A DNA stretch of 63,331 nt, counting the filler, from Perkinsus chesapeaki ATCC PRA-425 (taxonomy: Eukaryota; Protista; Perkinsozoa), in assembly GCA_013115145.1 (NCBI GenBank). It is 5 parts of 5 records of this genome, joined end to end, with 100 filler letters (N's around TTAATTAATTAA, not from the genome) between each part and the next. Parts side by side here need not be neighbours in the genome. Positions count along the whole stretch, not along the records: positions 1 to 23,255 come from JAAPAO010000564.1; positions 23,356 to 35,035 come from JAAPAO010000840.1; 3 more parts are not named here. One strand, given 5' to 3'. Below, piece after piece: positions 14,201 to 27,200 of the stretch (its first letter is position 1; every line of letters begins with the position of its first letter). Made by a program: the position numbers and the translations under genes. Below the pieces are notes generated by a model. That model was given only the letters and a program-made list of their open reading frames with translations, was not told the origin of the DNA and searched no databases.

Positions 14201-16301
14201 AATGTGGCGGAACAAGCAAGCACAGCAATAAGATGGACCGCCGCCCTTACAGGACTTAGGGTGCATAGACGCTACAACCAACAACAGTGCTTAATCGGGA
14301 TGCTTTCCGAGTTTACAGCATGAAAAAATTGTTCACTACGGGAGATATTATAATGGCAGGGGAAATGCGCCAAGTGGACTTGAGTGTCACACTGGAGTCC
14401 AACACGTAGCCGAAATCATCCCCGCTGCTCACCTCAACCGCGTAGCGGCTGCGATGGAACCCCAGACCAAAAAGGGGCGGCAAAGAAGCCAAACCGGTGG
14501 CACGGTGGTAGGAGGTGGAAAACTGAGGGATGAAGTGTTCATACCAGCAGTCAAGTGCATGATTACTTCTTGGGGCCTCTGACCTGGGAAGAGCAGCAGA
14601 TCGATCACCCCAGATTCGCTGACAAATGTCGCAGTTATGTCGGCATTCCCATGACCAGAACCTGAAAGAAGCCACCGACGATCGAAGTTGCGTGCACAAA
14701 AGGTAATGTCTGCCTCGGTTCAGGGAAACCAAAGTGTCCGATGGATTCATCCACAGCAGGGAGGAGGTTGTAGTGACGGAACACTGACCGTCCTAAAAGC
14801 ACAAGTCAGCCTGGGCGTCGACACATTGCCCGTTACCTGAATGGCGGTAAGAGTTGGAATAGCGCCATAAATGGCGCCATGGGCATCGGTGCCCTGTACA
14901 GGATAGGCGGGGGTATCTAGGTTGAAGAACCTAAGGCAAAGGAGTGATAAGTGATCCGCTGTGCCGCCTAGATGCTCTATTGATGCACCATCATCGGATT
15001 TGTATGCAGCACAGTTACCTGTATAGTTCGGCATCATTGAAGCCACCAATATCGAGCTTGGAGGAGATAGTTCCCCGCTCTTGTAGACCATATAAAGTCT
15101 TGGCTTGAGAGAATGTTACATCAAGAGCTATGATAGATGGCCCTGAAAAGCGGAAGCTAGTATGGTTCGAAGAGGCAAAGACGCGAAAAGGACGGAGGAT
15201 TCGCAGTTCACTGGAAACTTCTTTAATAATCTGTACGGCTTGCACTAACTAATTCTATGACACATAACTCTATAGAAAGTATGAAGGGAAATGTCTCAGG
15301 TGCCTAGTAGGTCTGGCCGAACTCACGGACCATAGGGCTTGTAATCGGTTTTTCCTTGGTACTCTTCTGCCCAACTGCCATAGTGATCTCCAGGGGAGCA
15401 AGCAGGGTCGATGTAAAGCGTGTCATTACAGGAAGGCAAGCCATAGGGGCTGAAGTACGGAAGGGTCTTTGCCCAGAATCATAATACGGAGAATTACCAT
15501 TTGTCGTTATACTTGACCCTTGTCCCTTCAACCATCAGATGTGCTTGGCCGTTCACCGTCTGGAGCACCTGTCCATCTTTCGACACTGTGAGGACCTAGG
15601 AAAGGAAAGTGGGCAAATACAAGGGAGAAGGGAGAACCTACCACGTCCTCGTGGCGCAGAACCGCCACCAGCGATTTCCCGACTCGGAACTTCGAAGTCT
15701 TAGTCTGATGAAACGCGCTCTGGCAATGTGGAGACAACAGACAGACAGCCGCACCTTTAGGTCGTAAGAGTAGGTAACATCTTCCGCCAACTGCATGTCC
15801 TTATCTTGGATGACATCCCCAGACGGTACAGTGTATCTGCAGTGGAGACCTTCAATGGATACACGCATGCGGGATGACCTTGTTCTCACGTCACCGACGA
15901 GCTTATGTTCTTCATCCATAGTGAAGCGGACAGTTCCGTCCTCATAGAAGCGAAGCTGACATAAGACAACTGTTGGCTACATGTTATTGCCTTCCACAAG
16001 TCACCTGTAGTTGCAGCACATCGGGTCCTTTCTCACCAAGCGCTGAATGCTTCACGGATGCATTGAAGGTACCGGTGGATCCACCACACAGAGGCCTTGG
16101 AGGGATCTGTCAACGTGCACCAACTTGCTGAAGAACGAATGCGACTTGTGGTACATGATAGACAGTTCTCTTTTCGACAGCGAAGTTGAGCCAATCGCGA
16201 TACCGTCGGCAAAAGCCGGTCGAGCTGCATGTTCTCCTCGAGTACCCGTAGCAAGAGGCAATGCAGAGTGCAGAGAAAGCGAGGATACGCAATAGGAGCA
16301 T
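11250..16301 (-). CDS. GH31 alpha-glucosidase paralog C, multi-exon (3' end approximate)
   Basis: Start MLLLRILAFSALCIASCYG then RRTCSSTGFCRRYRDW; MDVFWLDIEHTD; VTIVDPHIK; FYTWNDMNEPSVF (~13520-13560); EHRDVHNMY; RPFVLTRSFFVGSHRY; WTGDS; FTGSDIGGF; YLDD. Confidence 0.9.
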
Positions 16302-16806
16302 TCGCAAACAAAGACTGCATCAGACAATGCTTCTAGCCTCTAACGAACCCGAGTTGCTTAGCCGTGATCTCATTAGCTGTAAAGCGCGTTATGGCGTGCG
16401 CATGCGTGCCAGAACGTGTGTAGTTCAGGTTCACTGACTCCAACCTCTCTAGTTGCGATGAACGGCTTCCGAAGACCGCATATTTGTGCGGAGACGCGCC
16501 ATAAGCGAGCGATGGTCTATTGCTTACAGGATGGCAGAGAGAAATGTGATCTTCGCGTTTTTTCTTTTCGGACCAGAAGAGGGCCTTGGTGAGACATCTG
16601 GCAATCAGTCCACGGAGCATGGACGCCACATACAGGTCTGCGTCTATTCATCTGCACTTTTACAAGATAAGAGTTCCCCACTTTGAGGCGTCAACGCACT
16701 TCTTGACCCCCTCGTAGATGTACTTGACAACTCAAAAGGCGACATTACAGGAGACATCAGTTACAGTAACACAGAACTTTGAAAATAAGGAATTTGTAGA
16801 ATACGA

Positions 16807-19076
16807 TCAGCTGCTGGTGAGCATATCGCTCAGGTCTTTTAGAGCCTCCACGAACCGAACTCTCATCTCTGGTGTATGACCGAGAAACAGGTCGCAGCCA
16901 CCTGAGTAATGACGCCATCTCAAACTGGGAATCCTACCGCTCTCGCCTGAGATCATCATTCCAATGGCCTTGGCCGCTCCACGACGGAGACTGGTTGCCG
17001 AGGTTATGTCCGTCCACACTTGCTCCGACGACGGGTATTCTTTTGAGGCCGCAGAGAAGGTGTCGGCATACAGCTGGAAAAGATCCTTCATATGAGCACC
17101 TGTGAACCACTCATGCGCCAGTCGCCATACGTTGCCAACGCGCTCACGCCTCGCTTCAACCGCCATAGAGCAGAATATGAAGAATACGATATCTACACTG
17201 GGGGTATCGACTTCAGGGAATTGATGATCAACAATGGCGATCTCCGTGGTGCCTGCCGTCAAGGTTCAAGCATCTCTAACTTTTCTCGCCTACCATCTGG
17301 ACGTTGATGCGTCATGATATTATTGCTCCACATATCCTCATGGGCCACCACTAAAATAGCGTCCCCCACAGTCAGCTTGTCCGGATTCCCCACCATCACG
17401 CTCTGGATGAAGTCTCGGTTCTCCTCGATTACTTCCACCACACTCGGGCCTGTCGAAGCAATGCGTCTTAGCCGTGGTAGGTTCGGCTCACTCAATAGGG
17501 AATCACCGCCTTCCTTGAGATCTGCGATGCCTTCATTTAGTATTTGACCCATCACTCGGTACGTAGCCTCTCGCGGCTTCAAAAAGCGAGAACGTGCCGC
17601 CTCTATAGGCAGCACTGCGTGGAAGTACGCAAGGGCTTTGATACACTAAGAAACAAAGTATCATTCCTAGAAGCACATGTGATTCGATCCCAGCAAGTAA
17701 TGTGAGGAAAATAATTCCAATAGTCTCCGAAGAGGTAGGTAAAATACTTCGCCTAACACATGCCTGCTTCCCGAAACCAGAGACTGCAACTGTGACCGAA
17801 TGCTCCCTTCTTGCCGAAGCCGTCAATACACACAATTCTAATAGGGTAACGTCTTATATATCATGAGTACCCAGAGACGTGCACTTCATTTGATCCCGGA
17901 AGTTGCAAAAAGTGAATCCAAGCTTGCTCACGTCAGCAGCCAGCGAGAAGTCCATGGGATCCTCCATTTTGTATGGCTCGAAGTTATGTGACTCCACCAA
18001 ATCATCCATAGCTATCATCTTATCATCACTGTAATACAGCCCAGGCAGATACAAATGGCAGTCCGGAATGGATCGCAATTTATCTATACGGCGGAGCGAT
18101 GCACCAGAAAACTTATTTTGCCAGCTCACCGTGTATACCAGCCTCGTTGTAGAATGCCAGGCAGTTCTGCTCTCTATCGTAGACGTCCAGCTCGAGACAG
18201 AAGTCATGTAGTGGGCCTTTAGCCGGCAGGTACTTAACCTACAGTACAATATAATAGCAGATAATACGACACATTAATTTTGGTTCCATCAACAACGAGC
18301 TGCTTTAACTGTCAAGAGAGTGCTCGAGTCGTTTGCTGTGAGGTGCTGCTAATACATTCATCAACGAGTGTTCTCAATTATATGGAAGCTATTTGAAAAT
18401 ACGCCACCAGTGAGAGAAGTAACAAAGTGTTCAACCGAACCTCTCCAGACGATATTTGACATCCCTCTATGGCTCTCTGATGGCAATCGACGTCCGACAT
18501 CGCGGAAAACATCCAAGGGCGCACAAGGGAGTCGATGTGTCGGGCCAGAATCGGCATGCTTCAACACTACTCCTCATCGAGAGGGATTAGATCAACGGCG
18601 ATAGGCTGTATAATTATTAATTATACAGCCTATTAATTATTAATTAACATCTAGCAAGTCGTAGATATCGGCCAGGATTCAGCAAGTCAAGAGCACCCCA
18701 CAACTTCTCACCGATTTCGAAGCTTCCCGTGGACCATGCTCGTAGATACCGCGCTGTCTACCCTTCCACTTATATCAGATTAGCTATGTACGTAAGGCAT
18801 TTAGATCCGTATGCCGCACTGTCACCCATTTCTCCCATTATTACAAAGAGCGGTTCGCCATCCTTTGTTCGTGCCTCATATTGGTCACTTAAGAGCCCAT
18901 CGGCTCTATTAACGGAGTGCACTGTGCACAGAGGGACCTGTCACTTTCCATCCAGGGAGCCCCTGCTGCTGCAGTTCCCTCCTCATCACCTTGAGAGCCT
19001 CGGCAACCTCAACCTTCCGTTCCAGCTCGTCAGCTGCTGCTTTATTATGGAAAGCTTCTTCTTCCGAATCAGACAT
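16807..19076 (-). CDS. Ecdysteroid kinase-like (EcKL/CHK, APH-choline kinase fold) protein, multi-exon
   Basis: Exon 1 MSDSEEEAFHNK...; GLLSDQYEARTKDGEPLF|VKYLP; YDREQNCLAFYNE; LYLPGLYYS...IAMDDL; HEDMWSNNIM (Brenner-type HxDxxxxN); IAIVDHQFPEVDTPSVDIVFFIFCS. Confidence 0.75.
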
Positions 19077-19374
19077 GCAATAAAAACTCTATCAAATCCA
19101 TCTCCCCGGCAACCCAATGCCTCAGACTAGCAAAGAAATCTCGGGAGGAGGGTATATAGGGTACAGCGTGGTGGTGGTGGTGACACGGTCTTACTGTGCA
19201 ACAACAACAACAACCGAGCTAGGAGTAAAATTGGAATAATACTGCTTCCTCCGCTGTACTCTATCGGAATAGTCAACAAAGGGGAGCCAGTAGACCGCAC
19301 AATCATCGCCTTGGGAAAGGGTGACAATATATTACAATGAGCAGACAGCAGCAGCAGCAGCAGCTGGTGGTGAT

Positions 19375-20652
19375 TCACTTGTTCATCAGAGCCACGCCCT
19401 CCTCAGTGCACACCAAACGGAAGCTCGAATAGATGAGCTTCTTCTCATAATCGACCAGAAAAAAATCGCTGATTCGCCCGACTGTAAATGCGAGTGAAGG
19501 AATCGTCCTTCGCAGAATCCATTTACTGTACAGGTCAATATACACCGATACAAAACGTAGTGCGTCACCGTCCGGTAGGGCCGTTGAACAGTACTGACAA
19601 GATACGTTTTCTTTGCCAAAATAAACCCCCAAAGTCTGTGCCGACTTCGGCCCCAACAGCGGAACTGGGACCACCAAATTCGCCGGGCACGTAATGAACT
19701 TCATATGGTCCATTAACATCTGCTCCGGCGTATAGTGGGTAAACAACTTATCGTACTCTTCATCATCCAGAACCTCCGATAAGGTAACGACAATATGGTC
19801 ACCGAGGCCCAACTTGAAAACAAAGTATCTTCTCTCGGGGTTCGCCATCCCCATCGATACGTAGTCCGAGAAGTACGACATATCCGACTCGAGCTCCTCC
19901 TTCGGCCGTCGAACCACTCGCACTTTAATAACTTCAGACAGCAGCTGCGGCGACTTTCCCATGTCGTTCACAATCTTAGGGCAATCGTTATGAGCCTCAC
20001 TCCACCACAGATCGTTCGGGTGGTGCGACAGATCCGTGTAGGTGTTGACTCTCTTTCGGAAGCCGTAAAAAGTTCGGAGCCTCTGGACTTGCGCTATCGG
20101 GTTCGGAGCGTTCCTAGCGGCCTCCTCCTCCCCCACCATCCTCTTCGACAGCTCCTTTACCAGCTTATCGGTGCTGATGCCCCGTAATCGATTTTCATCC
20201 GAGCCCGAGGAGCCCTCTGCTGCCTCCTCTTCTTCCTCCTCATCACTCGAAATGGCCGATTCGAAGCTTGCAGAAGATACAGATTTGGACATCTTCGACT
20301 CCAATGGAACAGCCAGCTTTTTAGTCCCCTTAGCCGGCACTATCTCCTCCTTGGGAACTATGGCCAGTTGCTCGTTCGACTCAGGAGGCGTATCTTCTTC
20401 CCGTTTCAGCTCCACTGCCAACTCCTCAGGCTCCTCCGGTTCAGGACTTGATGGTACCGGCGGTGGAGGGGCGAACCCTGGCAGCGCCGCATTAGGAGCT
20501 GCTTCCTTATCCTCTGGAATCTTTGCGGATGAGCCCCGACGGAGAGCCTCCTTGTTATCGCTCTCGAGAGTTGATCGAGTCTCGCTGGTCGCCTTCTCGG
20601 GAGGCAGGGCCGGAAGGGGTTCAATAACTTCTTTACTGCATTTGCATCCCAT
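19375..20652 (-). CDS. Intronless 425-aa protein: MGCKCSK acylation-type N-terminus, acidic/Pro linker, C-terminal domain possibly EDR2_C (DUF1336)-like
   Basis: Long uninterrupted ORF (track 19375..20661; first ATG at 20652). Domain call rests on weak motif resemblance (HMKFITCP, VSVYIDLYS, IYSSFRL). Confidence 0.75.
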   Translation of the reverse strand: MGCKCSKEVIEPLPALPPEKATSETRSTLESDNKEALRRGSSAKIPEDKEAAPNAALPGFAPPPPVPSSPEPEEPEELAVELKREEDTPPESNEQLAIVPKEEIVPAKGTKKLAVPLESKMSKSVSSASFESAISSDEEEEEEAAEGSSGSDENRLRGISTDKLVKELSKRMVGEEEAARNAPNPIAQVQRLRTFYGFRKRVNTYTDLSHHPNDLWWSEAHNDCPKIVNDMGKSPQLLSEVIKVRVVRRPKEELESDMSYFSDYVSMGMANPERRYFVFKLGLGDHIVVTLSEVLDDEEYDKLFTHYTPEQMLMDHMKFITCPANLVVPVPLLGPKSAQTLGVYFGKENVSCQYCSTALPDGDALRFVSVYIDLYSKWILRRTIPSLAFTVGRISDFFLVDYEKKLIYSSFRLVCTEEGVALMNK

Positions 20653-21087
20653 AATTATCAAGTCAAAGTGAGGCCTATACCAACCACAAAAACATTAACT
20701 ACCTCGCCTTGTACGGAAGATCCCGACGAAAATGTTTCATGAGGTTAGCGCTCGCCCAGGTAATCGATAAGTGTTATTATCGGCGCATGGTTGGATTCGA
20801 CTGGTTCCGATTGATTTCTCTCTAATATTCGTTGCATTTGGTGAAGATTATTGTATTATCTGTTGAGTGAGAGTGTAACAGTATTAAGGGGGACAGACAT
20901 TGTGTTACGTGGGAGGGAAGCTGGACTTGGAATGAACGTAAATCTGCTACAAGGCTAAGGTGTAATGACACCAGAATCACCGGTATCCAGAAGGGACTAT
21001 ACGGTACTTCAAAAAGGACCGATTGATATAGAGCGGTTAATTCGCGAAGGCGAACGATTCCGTCGAACGATTCTGGACCGACACATT

Positions 21088-21226
21088 TGCACGCATGCGC
21101 AAACCAAGCTCATCGCAGCCATCCCATTATAATGCTGACTAATCAGCCGCTGACTATCCCAGGTCCTTTGAAGCGAATTGTCGCATCAGAGTGGGAATGG
21201 CGTAACCACAGTTGCACGCATGTGCA
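21088..21226. promoter_or_regulatory. Two GCACGCATG(C/T)GCA motifs in a divergent intergenic region
   Basis: TTGCACGCATGCGCAA at 21088 and TTGCACGCATGTGCA at 21212; same motif recurs upstream of other genes. Confidence 0.4.
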
Positions 21227-21406
21227 TTGAGACGTGTGCTGAGACGGTCCAAATTGGAAAAATCCGGGGTGGTTCCTCGGCCGCAAGAACCACGCTTCCT
21301 CTTCAGGGTGGGAAATATCCGTCGGTTATTTGAGGAACCAAGTCTAAAAAGATATTTTTGAGGTTAGAATAGCATCCTTTGTCTTCTACGGCAGTTTTTA
21401 CAATCG

Positions 21407-23255
21407 ATGTTAATCGGTCCGTGGTTGTTCCTTCTCCCATTCGTGGTTGCTGTTGACAAGAGCAAGTTTAAGACTTGCACCCAGATCAGCTTCTGCCACC
21501 GCTATAGGGACTGGACTCGACTACCCGAGGGGAGCAGGACCCCTCACACGGTGGGAAGGGATGGAGACTGCGCTCGAATGAATCACCAGTAGAAGGGCAT
21601 TCATACGCATCGCTCAGTTATGAACTTCCCACTGGAGAGTAAACCAGCCACGAGCAGTAGTGTAATTTTTAAGTACGCTCGCCTATGTTAGTGAGGGAGA
21701 AGCTCTGAGAAAATTGTGCAAAATGTCCCTGTATAAAAGGTGCAATTATAGATAAACCCATATTATCAGTAGTAGAATTCCCTGCCTGACATGTGGCATC
21801 CAAATGCATAGTCCAGTGCCGGTTTCTAAGCACGGGTTTCTTCTGTGAATGTCTTTTCGTGCTGCTTTGCCGACCACCTTCTCAGATCAGTTTTCGAACA
21901 CAATTACTGCTTAAATTGTTTCGATGATATAGGTACCCCGCAAGGAGCTGCAGCAGGTAGCCCCGTCAGTATTCGCTGGGGAGCTTCGTCACTCTGCTTT
22001 GCCTGAGGAGATGCCTCCTTCTCTCCACTTCGAGGTAAGATTCCCGCATCCGCCCTAAGGCTCGCATATCAAACCTGGAATCCATTGAGAAGTATTGTGA
22101 GCTACGCAACTGGTGGCATCGATCAGTTACGTTTTTACGATGACAACACTGTACGGTTCACCATCGATGAGAACCCGCAGCTGGTCAAAGACATCCGGAC
22201 TCGGTAGACCGAATTCGCTTTATCCTATCTAGCCTTAATCAGCTACCGCATCCCTGCGAACGATGTTATTCGCGAGGATCAGCTCAAGCCTCACGGTGGC
22301 GTCAAATACAGATTCGACGGGAAGGTAAAGTGCAGCACAGCGTAGTGACGTTAATAACGTCATCACTCAGACTGGAACCTCGAGCTTTGATTTGGGTGAC
22401 CAGACGTCTCTGGAGATTGATCACGACAAAGCTGTAGGAGGAGGCGTCGGGGATCTTGGTGGATTTATTAGTGCTGGAATCGGTGGTTTTATCATACCCG
22501 CTCAGGTACTCAAACTTACTGTGGACGGCAATGTCGTACAGACTATCAACGGAAAGCAACAACTGGTCGTTGAGGGGACAAGGAAGGAGAAGAACGATAA
22601 ATGGTAAGCAGCAGCTGCCACAGTCGCTGTCGGTTGAGAAGGTTTGTGGTAGTCCCTATGGCCTGTCCATCTCGGAGGACAAGTACGTGGATCCTGCCTG
22701 TTCCCCGGGGGAGCATGCAGGCACCTGGGAGGAGAGCTTTCATGGCCATACCGATCACAAACCATTCGGTGAGAAGCGTTTGAGTTTGAGAGAACCGCCT
22801 GTTGGCGTGTATGGGATCTTCTACAGTAGACGCCCATTATTTCGAATCTTAAAAGTCTTGGCAGCCGTGAGCTCCCATGTTGGCTGATAAATAGCTTTGA
22901 GCTCACCTTGACACAGCTGGCCGCAATTGATGCCTCTACAGCTGCTGATGGCGATGATCATGTGTTTTGATGGCATCCGCTTCTATCGAGGGTGCTATCT
23001 TTTAGGTCCCTCCCTGGTGGGAGTAGACGTCACTTTCAACGGTGGAGTGCCAGCGGCCTACGGTCTCCCAGAGCACGCTACTACTGCTCTTAAGTTGAGA
23101 GCTGGAGGGGATGAGGATGACGCTCTTTATCGGTAGAATGAAGGTCTATTGTATAATAGGGTAGAGTTCCCATAGGTTTTACAATTTGGATGTCTTCGAG
23201 TACGAAATGGACAGCCAAGCGGCCATCTACGGTTCGATACCGATCCTCACTGCAG
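21407..23255 (+). CDS. GANAB: Glucosidase II alpha subunit (GH31), 5' part, truncated by contig end
   Basis: MLIGPWLFLLPFVVAVDKSKFKTCTQISFCHRYRDW; RYRIPANDVI; HAGTWEESFHGHTDHKPFG; AYGLPEHA; FYNLDVFEYEMDSQAAIYGSIPILTA at contig edge, matching canonical GII-alpha N-terminal motifs. Confidence 0.85.
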
Positions 23256-23355
23256 NNNNNNNNNNNNNNNNNNNNNNNNNNNNNNNNNNNNNNNNNNNNT
23301 TAATTAATTAANNNNNNNNNNNNNNNNNNNNNNNNNNNNNNNNNNNNNNNNNNNN
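23256..23355. other. Assembly linker (N-TTAATTAATTAA-N)
   Basis: 100-bp N run with six-frame-stop spacer at 23300-23311. Confidence 0.98.
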
Positions 23356-24249
23356 TTCTATCACTGGGAGCTGAACCAGACATGGTCAAGCGTATCCTTC
23401 TTGCTGATGCCGATCGATTCCAAGTCCCCGGTAAGCCTTTAAGGCCTGGCGGAGGTGCTTTAAATATTCTGTCGTCCGTCAAAAGAGTTATTCAAATGTA
23501 TAATCTTCGACCCATTAATGGTCAGAGGAACCTCCGTCATAGTTCATAGCTTTCATACTCTACACTTTTTACCCTCATTAAGACATCGTAGAATTATATC
23601 GCTGATGTTCGTGTGGTTGGCTTCAACTGCCTACTGCTCTCGATGTTGCCGTATAATGTAGTATTCTGTATATTAGTTATTTTTGCCCTCGGAGTTTTAT
23701 CCGGGAACGATCGTAAGCTTAAACTCCTGTTAACGATTTTCACTCGTTCACTACGGTACGCAGCTTTTTTACTAGAGCACGTTTCGGCGTCTCCCAATCT
23801 GTTGTGTTTTCATGAGTAATACCCGCAGTGATGCCCCTCAATGGTCTCCGAATAACAAAAGTTCTTGGTAAGGAAACCTCCGCAAAATCAGGGTCGTGCT
23901 GGTGAGACAAGTCTTGTCGCGTTACTGTTCATCATGTGCATCGTTAGCTCCTCAAAACTCTCAACATAACATTTATTCGATAACAGACACACTCAGTCGG
24001 TCAGCATAGCCATGCAGGACGTCCTCAATCAGTGCTTGTATTTCCCTTTGACGTCACAGATCGTTCGTACAAATATCTGACAAGAGATCTCGATCACAGA
24101 TACGATGGCCAAGAAAAGACTGCAAAGCATCGTATTGGTAACACTCTGTTATGCCAACATAGAGGAACTCCAAAAGTGAAAAGAAGGAACGCGCCTTCCG
24201 CAGGAGGACACCTTTCCGGCCATTTTATTGAGCCTCTGTGAAGCTTATC

Positions 24250-27200
24250 TTAGTTGTGTAAGCCCGATACAGTTCTACCACGAGAAGGAAACAACACACG
24301 CAGCAAACGCGTCACCCAACACGAAACTGACTCAGCAATAAACGACATCGGGTCCTCGGGCATTCTATGGCACGCTTCCAATATACCGTCCTTCAAAACT
24401 GGCATGACGTTGTCAACGAGATAACTGAGGAAGATAACCTATTAACATCCAGGTTGCTGTTAAGCTTACTGTCGCAGGTGTTTGCTATGTTTGTCTATGA
24501 GCTCCATCTCTTGCCTTTTGGCTTCCTTCAGACGCTCAGCCTCCGCGACTAAGATGATAAAAAACAACGGATAAAATCTACATACGAGCGACTCCGTCGC
24601 TTCCAAGGATGTCGACTAAGCTGTCGCTATGCAGTTGAACACCGGTGGCGTACCCTTCCTGGCTTCAATCTCAGCAGCCTCGAGCTTCAGTTTCTCGTTC
24701 TTAATGCGCTCCTGTAACGATTTTAACCCTTCGGAAGTAACTATACCACAAGCTTACTTCCTCATCTTTCTTCATCTTTTCCTGTCTCTCTACCTCCGCC
24801 ATTTTAGCGTCGTTTTCGGACTTTTTCGAAAGAAGGTAATTGTACGGACCTAAGTAAGGAAAACATGCCCTTGATTCGGTCCCATCTATTTAGGCTCCAC
24901 AAGCAAGAGCATGCCAGTAAGAGTCGTCCAACTTACAACCATCGTACTCAACTATTTGGGCGATAATGTCAACAACATCATCTACGTCAACACCGTCAAC
25001 CTGATAAGCAATGGATAGAGAACGTGGAGGGGAGTTTCCGACCTTGATTCCTTTACAAGTCTTCTCCCCATCAAGAATGTCATTCAAAGCATCCAATATA
25101 GTTACCGAACCATGGCTCTCGATTTCCTTCGACCTGACAGTATCCACTAGCACGCACATGAAGCAATAGCATTATGATATACGAACGACAAAATAGACGA
25201 TCGCAATCGAGGACGTCTTAGTTGGAGACGGGCTGCAGTCCGGTCACTTGGTGGTTTGACTTAGCGTGTTCTGGACCGAACCAAGTTGGCGGAAGACCTG
25301 TTTGTTGGGCAACTACCAAAGCTTTTGGTATTCATTCACAGGCCATCGGTCGCATGAGTGCAATCTCCTAGGATGGCCGCGACCTCGCTGAACCAGTTAA
25401 CTTGTTTTTCGGCTAACCTTACTATGGCAATCACAGTATAGGTATATAACCCTCCGAAGCTGCATATGGCATAGATAGTCTGAGCCATGTTTGACGTTGG
25501 ACTATAAGCCAACGCATGGCTCGCAGTCTAATCTGCGGAGCTGGAAAAGCTTACCAGCGATCTGCTCTTCGCTGAAAGTCATCCAAAGTGTTATGTGTGC
25601 CGCTGACCTCCGCCTCGGTTAAAGTCTCAAGACGAGACCTGTCATGACGATGGCAATAGTCTACACAAAATTGGAGCTCCGAGACCTGCAGATGTCGAGA
25701 TCGCTTTGGAGGAGGAACGCCCATCCAGGGCGAATTGCATCGTCAACTATCAATCTGAGACGGCCCATGCCGAATCGGAAGCGATGGAACTAACTTTTTG
25801 GAATCTTCCTCATCTTCACCCTCATCGGTCTCCTCCTTTGCCATGAACAACTCACGTGCTTCCTCGGCGGTGCGCGGGAATCCGTCAAGAATGTATCTGA
25901 ATCCCTATCTGGAAACGACCAACACGAGCCGCCTGCCCTCTAAATTTGCACGCATTGTCGCTTTCCAACGCGTGTCGAACGGCTTTGCTTGTCTGAAGGG
26001 GAAAACTAGCAAGATAAAGCTGTGAACTGATCTTCACAGTTTCAGTCGGCAGTCTCGGCCTAGCTTGTGTTTGTGAGAGCTCGTTCCATTGCTCCAGCAG
26101 CGACAGGTAGAATCTGACGAAACTCCGCTGACTGGGCCCTTCGAAGATCGGTGAGCCGACCTGTCCCTATCGCCCAGTGTCTCTACGTCAACTGGTTCTG
26201 TAGTCTCCTCTTCGGGCTCGATGAGCTTCTTCAGTGTGGCGGCCTTGTCCAGAGCAGCTTGAATGACTGGACCCACGGCAATGTGCACGAGACGGTAGCT
26301 GAGCAGAAGCAAGGATGGAATGTGCACGCCGGCACAAGACTTTTTTGGAAAAAAAACACGAAAAAATTCCGCGAAATTTCCAACGTCTCACGTGATAGGA
26401 AACGTGAAAAAATTCCTACCAGAAATTCAGTACAAGCTGAAGTTAGTGTCCTGTATGACGATTAGGCGAGGAAGCTCGAGGCTCAATTGGGGAGGCGAGC
26501 TCTTAGATACTCCAATTCTGCTGAGTAGTTACGGAGCTGCGAAGCGTTGTGGGACGGCTAAGAGCTCACCAGTCCGCAACCTTCGCCGCATAGAAGGATT
26601 TCCCCGAAGCTGGCGGGCCAATCAGAACCATCTTAAGAGGGCGCAGATTCCTCCAAGAACAGAATCTGTGGAGGAGTTTGAAATGAAGGGAATGGTCGAC
26701 AGGAGTTCACTCATCGACAATTTTGGATATCTCTTCTGCCGGACCTTTTCTACACCACCATTTGAACTCGGGTTGACGGAGGAACTCAGATGCTTCTAGA
26801 CGGAGATCGATGAGGAAGGGCTGATGGAGAGAGACGCAATAAAGTCACGTTGCAGTCTACACGACTACGGAGTCTACAGATGAGCTGACTATAGTTTCCT
26901 TCTACGAACAATGAACTATACTAAAACGGTATGCGAGCACTCCACCAAGGCCGCATCCGAAACTAGTTGTTTATTAGTTTCATCAACTGAGTTGATTCAA
27001 TAGTTTCAGACTAATGTAGTCAAAGAACACTATACCATTTCAAGATCTAATTAATAAAAGCTTTTACTAATTTGATCTGGGTTATATCAATTTGTTCTGG
27101 GCTTCAACTACTTTGGTCTTGGCTTTTACTGATTACATCTTGAAATGTTGTAGTAGCTAACAAACGACTGATAGGCAGCGAGTGCCTCAAATGTGAATCC

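Noticed and set aside
19165-19370. Short GTG, CAA and CAG triplet runs and an 83-aa Leu-rich ORF
   Set aside because: Low-complexity intergenic/UTR sequence between two genes.
20171-20671. Plus-strand 166-aa and 130-aa ORFs overlapping the 425-aa gene, and similar antisense ORFs over pol and GH31 exons
   Set aside because: Shadow ORFs of real coding sequence on the opposite strand.
23356-24240. Plus-strand exon-like pieces at contig start
   Set aside because: No assignable product; frame could not be followed.
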